A DNA stretch of 64,000 nucleotides from Alphaproteobacteria bacterium. GTDB taxonomy: Bacteria; Pseudomonadota; Alphaproteobacteria; RF32; CAG-239. Below are positions 10,732-21,863 of the stretch, piece by piece. Where the stretch lies: NCBI GenBank assembly GCA_015062235.1, contig SUUZ01000001.1:191255-255254 (forward strand). Direction: 5' to 3'. Both the position numbers and the translations under genes were made by a program. Numbering within the stretch: position 1 is the first letter of the stretch; every line of letters begins with the position of its first letter. The notes below the pieces were generated by a model. It saw only the letters and a list, made by a program, of their open reading frames with translations, was not told where the DNA came from and searched no databases.

Positions 10732-10816
10732 TGGTGCGGGTGAAGGGACTTGAACCCCCACTCCTTGCGGAACCAGATCCTAAGTCTGGCGCGTCTACCA
10801 ATTCCGCCACACCCGC
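10732..10816 (-). tRNA. tRNA-Leu(TAG)
   Basis: GCGGGTG acceptor, anticodon loop CTTAGGA, long variable arm, GTTCAAGT T-loop, CCA encoded. Confidence 0.96.
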
Positions 10817-10975
10817 TCATGTTTTCACAAAAAGCATTCAATGCGCTGAATACTAACGTATATTTTTTTTAAATCAAGTATAAATTAACAATGCAAACAA
10901 AATTATTGTAATATATTTGATTCTTTTATAATATATGCTCAAATGTCCAAAACTAATTAATGGGGTATATTTTTA

Positions 10976-12169
10976 ATGTTTTCTCGTAATTTAGCAAAAA
11001 CTTTACTTTTTTCAACAGCTTTAACAATGCTTACAGCTTGTGCTGTAGTTGATAAAAAAGATACAGCTGAGGAGTCGAATTGGTTTGTTCGCTTGTTTGA
11101 AAAAGATGGGCAAAACTACGCAGACCGAGCAACTATAGCTTATTCAAACGGACAATTTAATCAAACTTTAGAATATACTACAGAAGCTCTTAAAGCAAAT
11201 CCACGTAACCAACAAGCATTGCTTGTTGGAGCATTAGCGGCCGAAAAATTAGGTCGTTATAATAGGGCTCGCCAGTATTATGAAGACCTCATTATAATAA
11301 ATGGACAAGAAACATCTATACTAGGTTCATCTGATGGACAACCTCAAAAAATTTCTGAAATTGCTAAAAACAATTTGCGTGTTATCACTATTGCTCAAAG
11401 TAATTTAACAATTGAAAATCGTGATGGAACAAAACATTTTGCAATTGCTAATGATGCTGGTGAACTACAAAGCAAAACCACAATTGCCAATGCTTTAAAC
11501 AAAAAAAATATAACAACAGTGCGAACACAGCCTGTTGGAGTTGATGATATTTTTACTCCTCAGGAACAAAATATTGTATCACGCTTTTTGATATTAAAAG
11601 AACTTGCTGAAAAAGATTTCATTACTAAGGATGAATTTTTGTCACGCCGCTTAGCAAATATTGGTGGACTTCTTCCACTTACTCGTAAAGCTCCAGGTAT
11701 AGGAATAGATCAACCAGCTCCTTCGCCTGATTTAATTATTGAACGATTAGAAATACTAAAGGATGGCGTTGAAAATAGAGCCATAACTCCACGTGAATTT
11801 TCAGTTGAACGAGATATTATCATTGAGGCATTAATGTCGCCAAATCCCCGTCAACGAATTAAAAATAAAGCTCCTTCTAAAAATGTTTTAGATGCTGCAA
11901 ATGATTTGCGCAGAATCGAGGTACTTTATAATCTAAATTTGATTACTGAAAATGAAAGAAACGCAGAACAAAAAGCTGTTGAAAAATATCTCGGTATTAA
12001 TCGTACGCAAGATAAACCGAAAGTTGTTGTTAAAACAGAACCTGTTACAACTGTTGAAGCTCCTGCTCCTATACAAATAGTTTCAACACCTAAAGAAGCA
12101 CCTCAAAGTGCAGCTGTGGAAAGTGAGGCTATAAACAATAGCACACCTGCTGTTACTAGCCCATTCTAA
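10976..12169 (+). CDS. Lipoprotein with TPR and three SHOCT-like repeats, Pro/Ala-rich tail
   Basis: Lipobox LTAC; repeats LKELAEKDFITKDEF, LKDGVENRAITPREF, LYNLNLITENER. Confidence 0.7.
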   Translation: MFSRNLAKTLLFSTALTMLTACAVVDKKDTAEESNWFVRLFEKDGQNYADRATIAYSNGQFNQTLEYTTEALKANPRNQQALLVGALAAEKLGRYNRARQYYEDLIIINGQETSILGSSDGQPQKISEIAKNNLRVITIAQSNLTIENRDGTKHFAIANDAGELQSKTTIANALNKKNITTVRTQPVGVDDIFTPQEQNIVSRFLILKELAEKDFITKDEFLSRRLANIGGLLPLTRKAPGIGIDQPAPSPDLIIERLEILKDGVENRAITPREFSVERDIIIEALMSPNPRQRIKNKAPSKNVLDAANDLRRIEVLYNLNLITENERNAEQKAVEKYLGINRTQDKPKVVVKTEPVTTVEAPAPIQIVSTPKEAPQSAAVESEAINNSTPAVTSPF

Positions 12170-12199
12170 AACAAAGTAAAAGACAAAGCCCGTACAGAT

Positions 12200-12790
12200 T
12201 TAAATATCTGTTACGGGCTTTTCATCATAAAAAACTGCGCCAACTGCCAAAGATTCTAATCTTTTTATTGGTATAGGATAAAATGCCACAAATTCAATCT
12301 TATACCTATTAAAAATCTTTTTCTCTTCCTCATCAAATTTTTGATCAGACCAATTTTCTTCATCACATTTACGAGCAATTTCAAGTAAATCTCGACGCAA
12401 ATCTTTAGCTGAATGAACATTAGGCCAATCAAGCACTGTCTGAGCGGCATCTCTAACAGAATTATCATTTCCTGTTATAAGAGGATGATAATCAGGCAAC
12501 CCTTTTCCCTCATGCAGTAAACGATATGCACATGTTTCAGGTAAAAGTTCTGCCATATACTTTATCAAGTTCATATCTACTTTAACGCAGTCCGCACAAA
12601 GACGATTTTCATAACGGGTACATTTCGCTGTACACATATCCAAACCATCGCAAATTCGGTTTGAAAAATAAGCTGTTCCACCTTTAAAATCCTTAAAAAC
12701 GCAACATTTGCCACACTTTAGACAAATAGCATCCCACTCTTCGTCATTAAAGCGTTCCATTGGCTTGTTTAACCAAAAATTTCTATCCAT
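12200..12790 (-). CDS. YcgN/UPF0260 cysteine-cluster protein
   Basis: EEWDAICLKCGKCC, CTRYENR and LPETCAYR motifs. Confidence 0.88.
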   Translation of the reverse strand: MDRNFWLNKPMERFNDEEWDAICLKCGKCCVFKDFKGGTAYFSNRICDGLDMCTAKCTRYENRLCADCVKVDMNLIKYMAELLPETCAYRLLHEGKGLPDYHPLITGNDNSVRDAAQTVLDWPNVHSAKDLRRDLLEIARKCDEENWSDQKFDEEEKKIFNRYKIEFVAFYPIPIKRLESLAVGAVFYDEKPVTDI

Positions 12791-12862
12791 ATCTAAATAA
12801 TTTTAAGTGATGTACCTTTATAGCATATTTTCATATCCAAATCAATATTAAAAAAAACCGCC

Positions 12863-13879
12863 TCAAACAGCGGTTTTTTCCTTTTCTTGTCTTGCAATTT
12901 CCTGCATTCTGAACAATTTAACTTTTTCAAGCTGTTGTTTTTTTATATATTTTAAATATCCTTCATAACTAAATAACACTATTGCAGAAAGAACTAAAGG
13001 CATTAGATAGTATATTACTCTATATGCTAACAAAGCACCAAATAACAATACTTGATTATGCTCTCCAGGGATAATATACATAAATAATCCCTCAAAAACC
13101 CCCAAACCACCAGGAACTTGGCTAAACACGCCTAACACTTGGGCGATAATAAATACCCCCATAAATGTTTCAAAAGGAATTTCAACAAATGGTATTAAAG
13201 AAAAATACAAAACCAGCGATGCCATAACAATATCAACAGCACCTATAATCATCTGAGCCAATGCCATTTTAAAACTCGGCATATCTAATTCAACATCTTT
13301 AATTTTAAGAGGTTTTTTATACCAAATACTAAGAGCAAAATATCCTAACAACCCAATAACGGAGCAAATTGTTACAATTTGAGTTGTGAGCTTCGAAACA
13401 GAACCAGCACCAAAAGCATGATTAGGAGTAATTAAATAACCAACAATAATTAAAAAGAAACAAGCCACTAAATAAGTAAAACCAGAAAACGTAACCATCC
13501 TTACAATTTCTGTTCCTCTAAAACGCCAACGAGTATAAAGACGATAACGAATAGTACCACCAGAAACAATAGCGTGCCCCGCATTATTACTTACTGAAAA
13601 ACCAATAATCCCAGCAAATATCCACTTCCATATAGCCAACTTACGTCCAATATAACGTAAAGCTAAATAATCATAAGATGACAACGCAACATAACCAAAA
13701 AATGAAGCCAAACACGCTAACCACAAATTTTTTGTAGGAATTGAAAATACTGCATTTTTTATATCGTCTAAACTATATTTAGATAATTGATTATACAAAA
13801 CATACGCAGCTACGGCAAAAAAGAACAAACCTGCCCATGATATAGCCTTTTTAAAAACTCTTTTAGCCTGAAATGACAT
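12863..13879 (-). CDS. Lysylphosphatidylglycerol synthase TM-domain (UPF0104/MprF N-terminal-like) protein
   Basis: YDYLAL, IRYRLY, VPGGLGVFE, LLAYRVIYY. Confidence 0.85.
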   Translation of the reverse strand: MSFQAKRVFKKAISWAGLFFFAVAAYVLYNQLSKYSLDDIKNAVFSIPTKNLWLACLASFFGYVALSSYDYLALRYIGRKLAIWKWIFAGIIGFSVSNNAGHAIVSGGTIRYRLYTRWRFRGTEIVRMVTFSGFTYLVACFFLIIVGYLITPNHAFGAGSVSKLTTQIVTICSVIGLLGYFALSIWYKKPLKIKDVELDMPSFKMALAQMIIGAVDIVMASLVLYFSLIPFVEIPFETFMGVFIIAQVLGVFSQVPGGLGVFEGLFMYIIPGEHNQVLLFGALLAYRVIYYLMPLVLSAIVLFSYEGYLKYIKKQQLEKVKLFRMQEIARQEKEKTAV

Positions 13880-14047
13880 CTTGCTTCCTTATCTGTTCTA
13901 TCCTTTACTATTCAGAATAGTAATACTATTTCAACAAAATTACTTATTTAACTCTAATATTAAATAACATCAAATTTATTAAAAATAAGTAACAATTTTA
14001 TATTGCCAAAAATTTTTATTAGTATTAGAAAGGTAGTAGTTTCTTAT

Positions 14048-14121
14048 GCAGGTATAATTCAATGGTAGAATGTGAGCTTCCCAAGCTTAATATGCGGGTT
14101 CGATTCCCGTTACCTGCTCCA
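14048..14121 (+). tRNA. tRNA-Gly(CCC)
   Basis: GCAGGTA/TACCTGC acceptor, anticodon loop TTCCCAA, U73, CCA. Confidence 0.93.
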
Positions 14122-14233
14122 AAATTTTCTTTTAACTATCCTCTTTCCCCTGTTTTAAGCTTAAAATTAGTTACCAAAAAGCAATATTATTCAAAGTAAA
14201 CATTTACTTAGCACATAAAATCATACATACAAC

Positions 14234-14258
14234 AAAACCCTTGATTTCTCAAGGGTTT
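14234..14258. terminator. Terminator hairpin between convergent tRNA genes
   Basis: AAACCCTTGA-TTTC-TCAAGGGTTT. Confidence 0.7.
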
Positions 14259-14262
14259 GAAA

Positions 14263-14338
<76 letters not shown>

Positions 14339-14488
14339 ATCAACAAATCGTCAGCAGACAAAGAGCTTATAAAACAAAAAAAATTGCTTGTCTAGTAAAA
14401 TTTTACGCATATTGATTATTTTTTTAATTTTATTAAATCTTTCAAAGATATACTCAAATTAAAACACCAATTTTATAGGGAACAAATC

Positions 14489-14947
14489 ATGTCTTCAATA
14501 TCCTATAACTCACCAATAGGCAAATTACTCATAACTGAAGAAAATGGAGCTATCACAAATATTTTTTTCGATTCTTCTCCTATCTGCACTGTACCAAAAC
14601 AACCAACACCTCTACTTGAAAAAACCATTATCCAATTAGATGAGTATTTTCAAGGAAATCGTAAACAATTTGATATTCCTCTTTCACCTAAAGGTACACC
14701 TTTTCAACAAAAAGTCTGGTCAGCTCTTCTAACAATTCCTTATGGTAAAACTGTAAACTATGCTGAATTATCTCAACAAATAGATAACCCCAAAGCTTAT
14801 AGAGCTGTAGGACAAGCTAATAATAAAAATCCTATAATAATTGTCATACCCTGCCATCGTGTTATTGCTAAAAATGGTTCTCTAACAGGATACTCTGAAG
14901 GAATAGATATAAAAAACAAGCTATTAAAACTAGAAAAAATTATTTAA
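14489..14947 (+). CDS. ogt: Methylated-DNA-protein-cysteine methyltransferase
   Basis: GTPFQQKVW, RAVGQAN, active-site IPCHRV. Confidence 0.95.
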   Translation: MSSISYNSPIGKLLITEENGAITNIFFDSSPICTVPKQPTPLLEKTIIQLDEYFQGNRKQFDIPLSPKGTPFQQKVWSALLTIPYGKTVNYAELSQQIDNPKAYRAVGQANNKNPIIIVIPCHRVIAKNGSLTGYSEGIDIKNKLLKLEKII

Positions 14948-14955
14948 AAATAATA

Positions 14956-15543
14956 CTAACTTGTTTCTTTTATATATCGATGAAGTGTCTGCCAAGTACA
15001 GCCCATAATTCTAGCAATTTCGGCTTTAGAAACCTTTTTCTCTAAAAGCTCCTTTATTTTTTTATGCCTTTTCCTCAATTTTTTATACGACACCCCTAAA
15101 GGTCGACCTAAATGCTTTCCTTCATCTTTAAGACGCTGTAAAGAATTCCTTGTTCTCTCTGAAATAAGCTGACGCTCTATCTCTGAAGCTAAACCAAAAG
15201 CAAATGCTAATACTTTTGATTGAATATCAGCACCTAAACGATAATTTTCTTTCAGTGTCCAAATCTGGCATTCTTTTTCCAAACATTGTTGTAATATTCC
15301 CATAATTTCAAGTAAATTACGTCCTAATCTACTAAGTTCTGAAGCAATTAAAATATCTCCTTTATTTAACTTTTTTAATATCTTACTTAATTTTCTATCA
15401 GCTAAAATTTTTCGTGAAGAAATAGTCTCTTCCACCCATTTATCTATATTAATCTTGTTTCTCTCTGCAAATTTTAAAATCTCATGTTTTTGATTACACA
15501 CCTGCTGATGAGTAGTGCTTATTCTACAATATCCATATATCAT
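14956..15543 (-). CDS. Serine recombinase (resolvase/invertase), Mpi-like
   Basis: YGYCRIS catalytic Ser, ELSRLGR, NYRLGADIQSKVLAFAFG, C-terminal HTH. Confidence 0.9.
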   Translation of the reverse strand: MIYGYCRISTTHQQVCNQKHEILKFAERNKINIDKWVEETISSRKILADRKLSKILKKLNKGDILIASELSRLGRNLLEIMGILQQCLEKECQIWTLKENYRLGADIQSKVLAFAFGLASEIERQLISERTRNSLQRLKDEGKHLGRPLGVSYKKLRKRHKKIKELLEKKVSKAEIARIMGCTWQTLHRYIKETS

Positions 15544-15677
15544 AACAAATCCCTATAAATAGTTATATATCTATTTATAGGTTCTATCGAAAAAAATATT
15601 GAAATAAACCGAATACATTAAACATAAAATCTAATGTTTTCTATTTAATCTACAATATAATTTTGCTGAAAATTAAT

Positions 15678-17252
15678 TTATTCTTTAACTTTTGCAAATT
15701 TTATCTTAGGAAAATCTTCTTGTGCTTTATTTAAGTGCCAAGCATTACGCGCCAAAAATACTAAAGCTCCATCATTATCTTCAGCAATATTTAACCTATT
15801 TGCATCAATAAATTTATTCAAATCCCTACTATCTTCAGCTGAAACCCAACGCGCAGTAAAATATTGTGTTGGTTCAAACATAACTGGCAAACCAAATTCA
15901 TTTTTAATACGATCAGCCATAACTTCAAATTGCAAAACACCAACTACACCAACAATCCACTCTGCACCAACCACTGGCTTAAAAATACTTGCCCCACCTT
16001 CTTCTGCAATTTGTCTTAAAGCATCACCCAAATGCTTAGACTTTAAAGGATCTAAAGCTCTAGCTGATTTTAGTAATTCAGGTGCAAATGAAGGAATCCC
16101 TGTAAACGTTATCTTTTCCCCTTCGGTCAAAGTATCTCCGATTCTAAGTTGTCCATGATTCGGAATTCCTATAATATCTCCAGAATATGCATCTTCAGCT
16201 AGTTCTCGCTCTTGAGCTAAAAACATTACTGGCGTTGGAACCTTAATTCCTTTACCTGTTCTAACTTGATGTAATGTCATACCTCGCTTAAAATGTCCCG
16301 AACAAATTCGCATAAAAGCGATTCTATCACGATGCTTTGGATCCATATTAGCCTGAATTTTAAATATAAAACCACTAACCTTAGTTTCATCAGCCTTAAC
16401 ATCTCGCTCAACTGCTGGATGTGAACAAGGAGTTGGAGCAAAAGAATGCAATCCTTCCAAAACTTCCCGTACACCAAAGTTGTTAATAGCACTTCCAAAA
16501 AATACTGGCGTCAAAGTACCAGCCAAATAAGCATCTAAATCAAATTTAGGACAAAGTTCGCTAATCATCATAACATCTTCACGCAACTTTTCAACCTGAT
16601 GCGCTGGTAACAATTCATCTAACTTTGGATCATCAAGCCCACTACATGTTTCAATTACACTATTAACTGTTGACTTGTCTCCTGATTTATTCATCAAAAT
16701 CATACGATTATTCAAAATATCATAACACCCCTTAAAATCCTTACCTGATCCTACAGGCCAACTTGCAGGTGTAACATCTAACGCTAGCGTTCGTTCAATT
16801 TCATCTAACAAAGCAAACGGATCTTGCCCCTCTCGATCTAATTTATTGATAAACGTTAAAATAGGAACATCACGTAAACGACAAACTTCAAACAATTTTT
16901 TAGTTTGGGTCTCAATACCTTTTGCCGAATCAAGAACCATAACTGCAGAATCAACGGCTGTCAAAACACGATATGTATCTTCTGAAAAATCTTCATGCCC
17001 TGGCGTATCTAAAAGATTAAATGTAATATTATCATACTCAAAAGTCATAACAGATGATGCAACAGAAATTCCACGTTCTTGCTCAACCTTCATCCAATCA
17101 GAATGAGCTCGTCTACTTTCTCCTCTAGCTTTTACAGCACCTGCTTGTTGAATAGCACCTCCAAATAACAACAACTTTTCTGTCAAAGTTGTCTTACCAG
17201 CATCTGGGTGCGAAATAATTGCAAACGTTTTACGTGGATTAACCTTTGTCAT
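15678..17252 (-). CDS. prfC: Peptide chain release factor 3
   Basis: ISHPDAGKTT, DTPGHEDFSEDTYR, FKIQANMDPKHRDR. Confidence 0.98.
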   Translation of the reverse strand: MTKVNPRKTFAIISHPDAGKTTLTEKLLLFGGAIQQAGAVKARGESRRAHSDWMKVEQERGISVASSVMTFEYDNITFNLLDTPGHEDFSEDTYRVLTAVDSAVMVLDSAKGIETQTKKLFEVCRLRDVPILTFINKLDREGQDPFALLDEIERTLALDVTPASWPVGSGKDFKGCYDILNNRMILMNKSGDKSTVNSVIETCSGLDDPKLDELLPAHQVEKLREDVMMISELCPKFDLDAYLAGTLTPVFFGSAINNFGVREVLEGLHSFAPTPCSHPAVERDVKADETKVSGFIFKIQANMDPKHRDRIAFMRICSGHFKRGMTLHQVRTGKGIKVPTPVMFLAQERELAEDAYSGDIIGIPNHGQLRIGDTLTEGEKITFTGIPSFAPELLKSARALDPLKSKHLGDALRQIAEEGGASIFKPVVGAEWIVGVVGVLQFEVMADRIKNEFGLPVMFEPTQYFTARWVSAEDSRDLNKFIDANRLNIAEDNDGALVFLARNAWHLNKAQEDFPKIKFAKVKE

Positions 17253-17369
17253 TTTCTAATTCCTTAACAATCAATTGCCTTATCAGTAACAACTATCCAA
17301 GCATAAGTCAAGCAAAAGAAAAGCTCCTCAACCTTCAAGTTTAGGAGCTTTTTCTATTAAAGATTACAG

Positions 17370-18188
17370 TTATTCACCAATTTTATTACCTTCAGCATCA
17401 TATTTCACTACTGTAGCACTACTTTGCAAAGATTTAATAATATCTCCCATTGTTTTTTGTGCCAACATGGCCTTTAGCTGAGGTTCAATTCTTTCCAATG
17501 GCTGAGGTTTAGCATCTCTAATATCCTCAACCAAAATAACATGATAACCAAATTGGGTTTTTACAGGTGTTTTAGTATACTGCCCTTTTTTCAAACTAAA
17601 CGCTGCTTCTGCAAATTCTGGCACCATCATATCTTTAGTAAAATAACCAAGTTCTGCAGGTTCTTTTGAATATTCCTTAGCTAATTTATCAAAACCACCT
17701 TCTTTTTGAAATTTAGCAATAACTTCTTTAGCTGTAGCTTCATTTTTAACCAATATATGCTTAGCTTTAACCTCTTTTTCACCCTTAAAAGTATTTTTAT
17801 AATCATCATAAAGTTTTTTAACAGCTTTATCATCTACTTTAGCTCTTACTTTTTTCTCTAAATAAATCTTGCGAGCTAATTCTTCTTTCAAACCTTTAAG
17901 TTGCTGTTTATATTCTGGTGTATCTTCAATTTTTTCTTTAGCAGCAGCCTGATAAACAATCTCGCCATCAACAAAAATATCTAATGTCTTAGCATAAAAA
18001 TCATCAAATGACGTTTTTTCTTTAACAGCAGGATTCGCATCATAAGCAACCTTGATATCTGCAACATTAATATTTTTACCATTAACAACTGCCGCTACAC
18101 CATCTTTACCTGCAGCCAAAGCATTTGCAACTTGCAAAGTTGCCAAACCCATAACTACATAAGCCAAATATTTTTTATTCATTATCAC
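17370..18188 (-). CDS. PpiC/parvulin-type periplasmic peptidyl-prolyl isomerase
   Basis: Signal peptide; KAKHILV, MVPEFAEAAF, KTQFGYHVI; divergent from secA. Confidence 0.92.
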   Translation of the reverse strand: MIMNKKYLAYVVMGLATLQVANALAAGKDGVAAVVNGKNINVADIKVAYDANPAVKEKTSFDDFYAKTLDIFVDGEIVYQAAAKEKIEDTPEYKQQLKGLKEELARKIYLEKKVRAKVDDKAVKKLYDDYKNTFKGEKEVKAKHILVKNEATAKEVIAKFQKEGGFDKLAKEYSKEPAELGYFTKDMMVPEFAEAAFSLKKGQYTKTPVKTQFGYHVILVEDIRDAKPQPLERIEPQLKAMLAQKTMGDIIKSLQSSATVVKYDAEGNKIGE

Positions 18189-18366
18189 TTCTCCTAAAAC
18201 AAAAAAACTTATTCAAAAGTTATATAATAAATTGATTAAAATTTCCAAGATATTTTTTTATCAAGTTTATAACTTGGTACAACTCTTGACTCTACTAAAT
18301 TAAAACACTAAGTATAGAATGTTAAACTATTGAATATAAAACTTATAACCCAAGGATAATTAAATT

Positions 18367-21093
18367 ATGATAGGTAGTCTCGCTCGTAAGATTTTTGGTT
18401 CTGCAAATGATCGCTATATAAAAAAGCAACACAAAATTATTGAGAAGATAAACTCTCTTGAGCCAGAAATAGCAAAACTGAGTAATGACGAACTTCGTGC
18501 GAAAACCGATGAGTTTAGAAATCGTCTTACTCAAGGTGAAAACCTTGATGACCTTTTACCTGAAGCTTTTGCAACAGTTCGCGAAGCTGCTAAACGTACT
18601 CTTGGTCAACGACACTATGATGTTCAGCTCATCGGCGGTATTGTTTTACATCACGGTCAAATTGCCGAAATGAAAACTGGTGAAGGAAAAACCCTCGTAG
18701 CAACACTTGCAGCCTATCTAAATGCTCTATCTGGTAAGGGTGTTCATATTGTTACTGTAAACGATTACCTTGCTAAACGTGATGCAGAATGGATGGGACA
18801 AGTTTATCGTTTCCTTGGTTTAACTGTAGATTATATAATCCACGAAAAAGATGACGAAGCTCGTCGTGCAGCTTATAACTCTGATATTTTATATGGAACA
18901 AACAACGAATTAGGCTTTGACTATCTACGTGACAACATGAAGTTCCGTCGCTCTGATATGGTTCAACGTCCCTTCAATTATGCCATAGTTGACGAGGTTG
19001 ATTCTATTTTAATTGATGAAGCTAGAACTCCTCTAATTATTTCTGGTGCTGCCGAAGATAGTTCTGAAAAATATATTCTAGTAAACAGAATAATTCCCCG
19101 CCTAAGCAACGATGATTACGAAAAAGATGAAAAAGCCCGCCAAGTTACTTTAACTGAAAAAGGAATGGTTCATGTTGAAGAACTACTTAAAGAAGTAGGC
19201 TTAATCAATGAAGGTGGATTATACGATTTAGCTAACGTAAGTTTGGTTCATCATGTAAATCAAGCACTTCGTGCTCACAAAATGCACACCCGTGATGTTG
19301 ACTACATAGTCAAAGATGGCAAAGTTATGATTATTGATGAATTTACTGGTCGAATGATGGAGGGACGACGTTATTCTGATGGTTTACACCAAGCCATTGA
19401 AGCTAAAGAAGGAGTCAATATTCAATCTGAAAATCAAACTCTTGCTTCAATAACTTTCCAAAATTATTTCCGCCTCTATCCCAAACTTTCTGGTATGACT
19501 GGCACAGCTATGACTGAAGAAGCCGAATTTAACGATATTTATAACTTGAGCTGTGTTGAAATACCAACCAATCGTCCTGTTCAACGTGAAGATCTGCACG
19601 ATGAAATATATCGCACTGAAAAAGAAAAGTTTAATGCCATTATTAAAACTATTGAAGAATGTCATAAAAAAGGACAACCAGTTTTAGTTGGTACTGCATC
19701 CATTGAAAAATCCGAACTAGTAGCTGACTTACTAGCAAAAAATACCAATCTAAAATTTGAAGTATTAAATGCCCGCCACCACGAGCGCGAAGCCTATATT
19801 GTCGCTCAAGCAGGTGTTTCTGGAGCTATAACTATTGCCACCAATATGGCTGGTCGTGGTACCGATATCCAACTTGGCGGTAATGTAGATATGCGTGTTA
19901 AAGAAGCTCTCAAAGGTGATGAAACCGAAGAACAAATAGCCCTTTTACGCCAAAAAATAAAACAAGAAGTTGAAGCCGATAAAGAAAAAGTAAAAGCAGC
20001 AGGTGGTCTTTATATTTTAGGTACAGAACGTCATGAAAGTCGCCGTATTGATAACCAATTACGTGGACGTTCTGGTCGTCAAGGAGACCCTGGAACTTCA
20101 AAGTTCTTCTTATCATTAGAAGACGACTTAATGCGTATTTTTGGTTCTGAACGTATGAGTATCATGCTACAACGACTTGGGCTCCCTGAAGGTGAAGCGT
20201 TAGTTCATCCTTGGATTAGTAAAGCCTTAGAAAAAGCACAACAAAAAGTAGAAGAACGCAACTTTGATATTCGTAAAAACTTGCTTAAATATGACAATGT
20301 CATGAATGAGCAACGCAAAGTAATCTACGAACAGCGCAAAGAACTCATGGAAGCCGAAGAAGTATCTGATACTGTACTGGATATGTGTCATGAGCAAATC
20401 CGTAATACTATTTATAAAGATGTTGCTTATGGTTCATCGCCAAAAGAATGGAACAATGAAGTTATCAAACAAGATCTTGCTCGTCTAACAGGGGTGTTGC
20501 TTCCTTTAGAAGAATGGATTAATGAACCAGAAATGGATGCTGAAAAACTAACCGAAAAAGTTATTGATGCTATAGATACACACCAACAGGCAAAAAATGC
20601 TAATGTTCCAACAGAAATTATCAAAATGGTTGAAAAATCTATTTTGTTACAAGAGCTTGATGCGTTATGGAAAGATCACATTGCAACTCTTGATTATATG
20701 CGACATACAATAGTATTACGTGCTTACGGACAAAAAGATCCTCTCAATGAGTATAAAAAAGAGGCATTTAATCTATTTTCTGAAATGTTAAATCAGTTAG
20801 GTGAAAAGGTTGCCTTTATTCTTATGCGCACAATGATTCAGCAAAACTCTGCCGAAAGTTTAGAAGAAAAAAATTCTCGTCAAACTAAAATGCAAGCTGT
20901 TCATGAAAGCCCTATCAATCTACTATCTGGAAAAAAAGAAACACCTACAGAAGTAGAAAAACAAACGCCTTTTGTTTACAATAGGCAAGAAATTGATCCT
21001 AATGATCCAAACACTTGGGGCAAAGTTGCTCGCAATGATTTATGTCCTTGTGGCAGTGGCAAAAAATACAAACATTGTCATGGTCAGATATAA
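18367..21093 (+). CDS. secA: Preprotein translocase ATPase SecA
   Basis: [24 protein letters not shown]-terminal [14 protein letters not shown]. Confidence 0.99.
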   Translation: MIGSLARKIFGSANDRYIKKQHKIIEKINSLEPEIAKLSNDELRAKTDEFRNRLTQGENLDDLLPEAFATVREAAKRTLGQRHYDVQLIGGIVLHHGQIAEMKTGEGKTLVATLAAYLNALSGKGVHIVTVNDYLAKRDAEWMGQVYRFLGLTVDYIIHEKDDEARRAAYNSDILYGTNNELGFDYLRDNMKFRRSDMVQRPFNYAIVDEVDSILIDEARTPLIISGAAEDSSEKYILVNRIIPRLSNDDYEKDEKARQVTLTEKGMVHVEELLKEVGLINEGGLYDLANVSLVHHVNQALRAHKMHTRDVDYIVKDGKVMIIDEFTGRMMEGRRYSDGLHQAIEAKEGVNIQSENQTLASITFQNYFRLYPKLSGMTGTAMTEEAEFNDIYNLSCVEIPTNRPVQREDLHDEIYRTEKEKFNAIIKTIEECHKKGQPVLVGTASIEKSELVADLLAKNTNLKFEVLNARHHEREAYIVAQAGVSGAITIATNMAGRGTDIQLGGNVDMRVKEALKGDETEEQIALLRQKIKQEVEADKEKVKAAGGLYILGTERHESRRIDNQLRGRSGRQGDPGTSKFFLSLEDDLMRIFGSERMSIMLQRLGLPEGEALVHPWISKALEKAQQKVEERNFDIRKNLLKYDNVMNEQRKVIYEQRKELMEAEEVSDTVLDMCHEQIRNTIYKDVAYGSSPKEWNNEVIKQDLARLTGVLLPLEEWINEPEMDAEKLTEKVIDAIDTHQQAKNANVPTEIIKMVEKSILLQELDALWKDHIATLDYMRHTIVLRAYGQKDPLNEYKKEAFNLFSEMLNQLGEKVAFILMRTMIQQNSAESLEEKNSRQTKMQAVHESPINLLSGKKETPTEVEKQTPFVYNRQEIDPNDPNTWGKVARNDLCPCGSGKKYKHCHGQI

Positions 21094-21120
21094 AAAAGGG
21101 CTCATTTGAGCCCTTTTTTA
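21092..21120. terminator. Bidirectional terminator
   Basis: AAAAAAGGGCTCA-TT-TGAGCCCTTTTTT. Confidence 0.85.
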
Positions 21121-21136
21121 TATCTTTAATAGCAAA

Positions 21137-21472
21137 TTAATATCCTGCAGCAGCCTTCAAAGACTTTAACTGTTCGGTCAGTTTTTCGATACTTGCTTTA
21201 GCATCTGCAATTGCCTTTACAGTACCCTCTGAAGAGGCATTATCCGAAGCTTGCCATTTAGCAATCTTATCCTTCAATTCAGCAATTTTTTCTTCAATTT
21301 TATTTTGAGCTTCTTCATTTTTAGCATCTTTTTTAGCTTGAGCTTCTTCAATTTTTGCTGAAGCTTTATCAGCAGCTGACTGAACTTTATTTGCCATTGA
21401 TGCCAAATCAAAAGCATTAGCATTAGAAGCCATCAAAGTAATAGCCAAAAGAGCAATAAACTTTTTCATCAT
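21137..21472 (-). CDS. Small exported Ala/Lys-rich coiled-coil protein
   Basis: Signal peptide ending ANA-F; AGGAG SD. Confidence 0.75.
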   Translation of the reverse strand: MMKKFIALLAITLMASNANAFDLASMANKVQSAADKASAKIEEAQAKKDAKNEEAQNKIEEKIAELKDKIAKWQASDNASSEGTVKAIADAKASIEKLTEQLKSLKAAAGY

Positions 21473-21555
21473 TAATTCTCCTAAAAAAATAATTAAGACA
21501 AACTAACTATAAAACTTAGACAAACTATATCGCAACATAAAACATTTTTTTGCAC

Positions 21556-21586
21556 AAAAAAAGCATGTCCCTTTCAAAAGGGACAC
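21556..21586 (-). terminator. Terminator downstream of the flotillin-like fragment
   Basis: TGTCCCTTT/AAAGGGACA hairpin followed by a T7 run on the minus strand. Confidence 0.7.
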
Positions 21587-21611
21587 ACTTAATAAAGTTT
21601 AGTTAATTAGA

Positions 21612-21863
21612 TTAGCCCAACTTAACGCCAAGCTTTTCCAACAACGCTTTACCTGCATCGGTTGCAGCAAAAGCCTCGAGAGCACCTGCGATGTTGCTTC
21701 CACCTTTAGGAGTAAGCACATCAAGAGCAGAGTTAAGACCTTCAGCAACGTTTCCAGCATTAGCAATAATCTTGATATTGCTACCGTTGATATTCCTAGC
21801 CTGCTCAAGACCAACCTTTTCAGTTGCCTAGACCTTACGGATCTCAATGAGATATTGTACCAT
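21612..21863 (-). pseudogene. C-terminal fragment of a flotillin/SPFH-like protein with an in-frame TAG
   Basis: Reads MVQYLIEIRKV*ATEKVGLEQARNINGSNIKIIANAGNVAEGLNSALDVLTPKGGSNIAGALEAFAATDAGKALLEKLGVKLG*; TAG at 21828-21830. Confidence 0.6.

Noticed and set aside
10687-10761. N-terminal extension of trigger factor in the ORF track
   Set aside because: Overlaps tRNA-Leu; homology begins at MNITELK
21828-21830. Host-wide TAG recoding
   Set aside because: clpX, clpP, hdaA and murB end at TAG at their expected C-termini, and no suppressor tRNA is in the window
21599-21847. 82-aa ORF from the ORF track (MRSVRSRQ...)
   Set aside because: Off-frame shadow; the adjacent frame 21612-21863 has the protein-like sequence and codon bias
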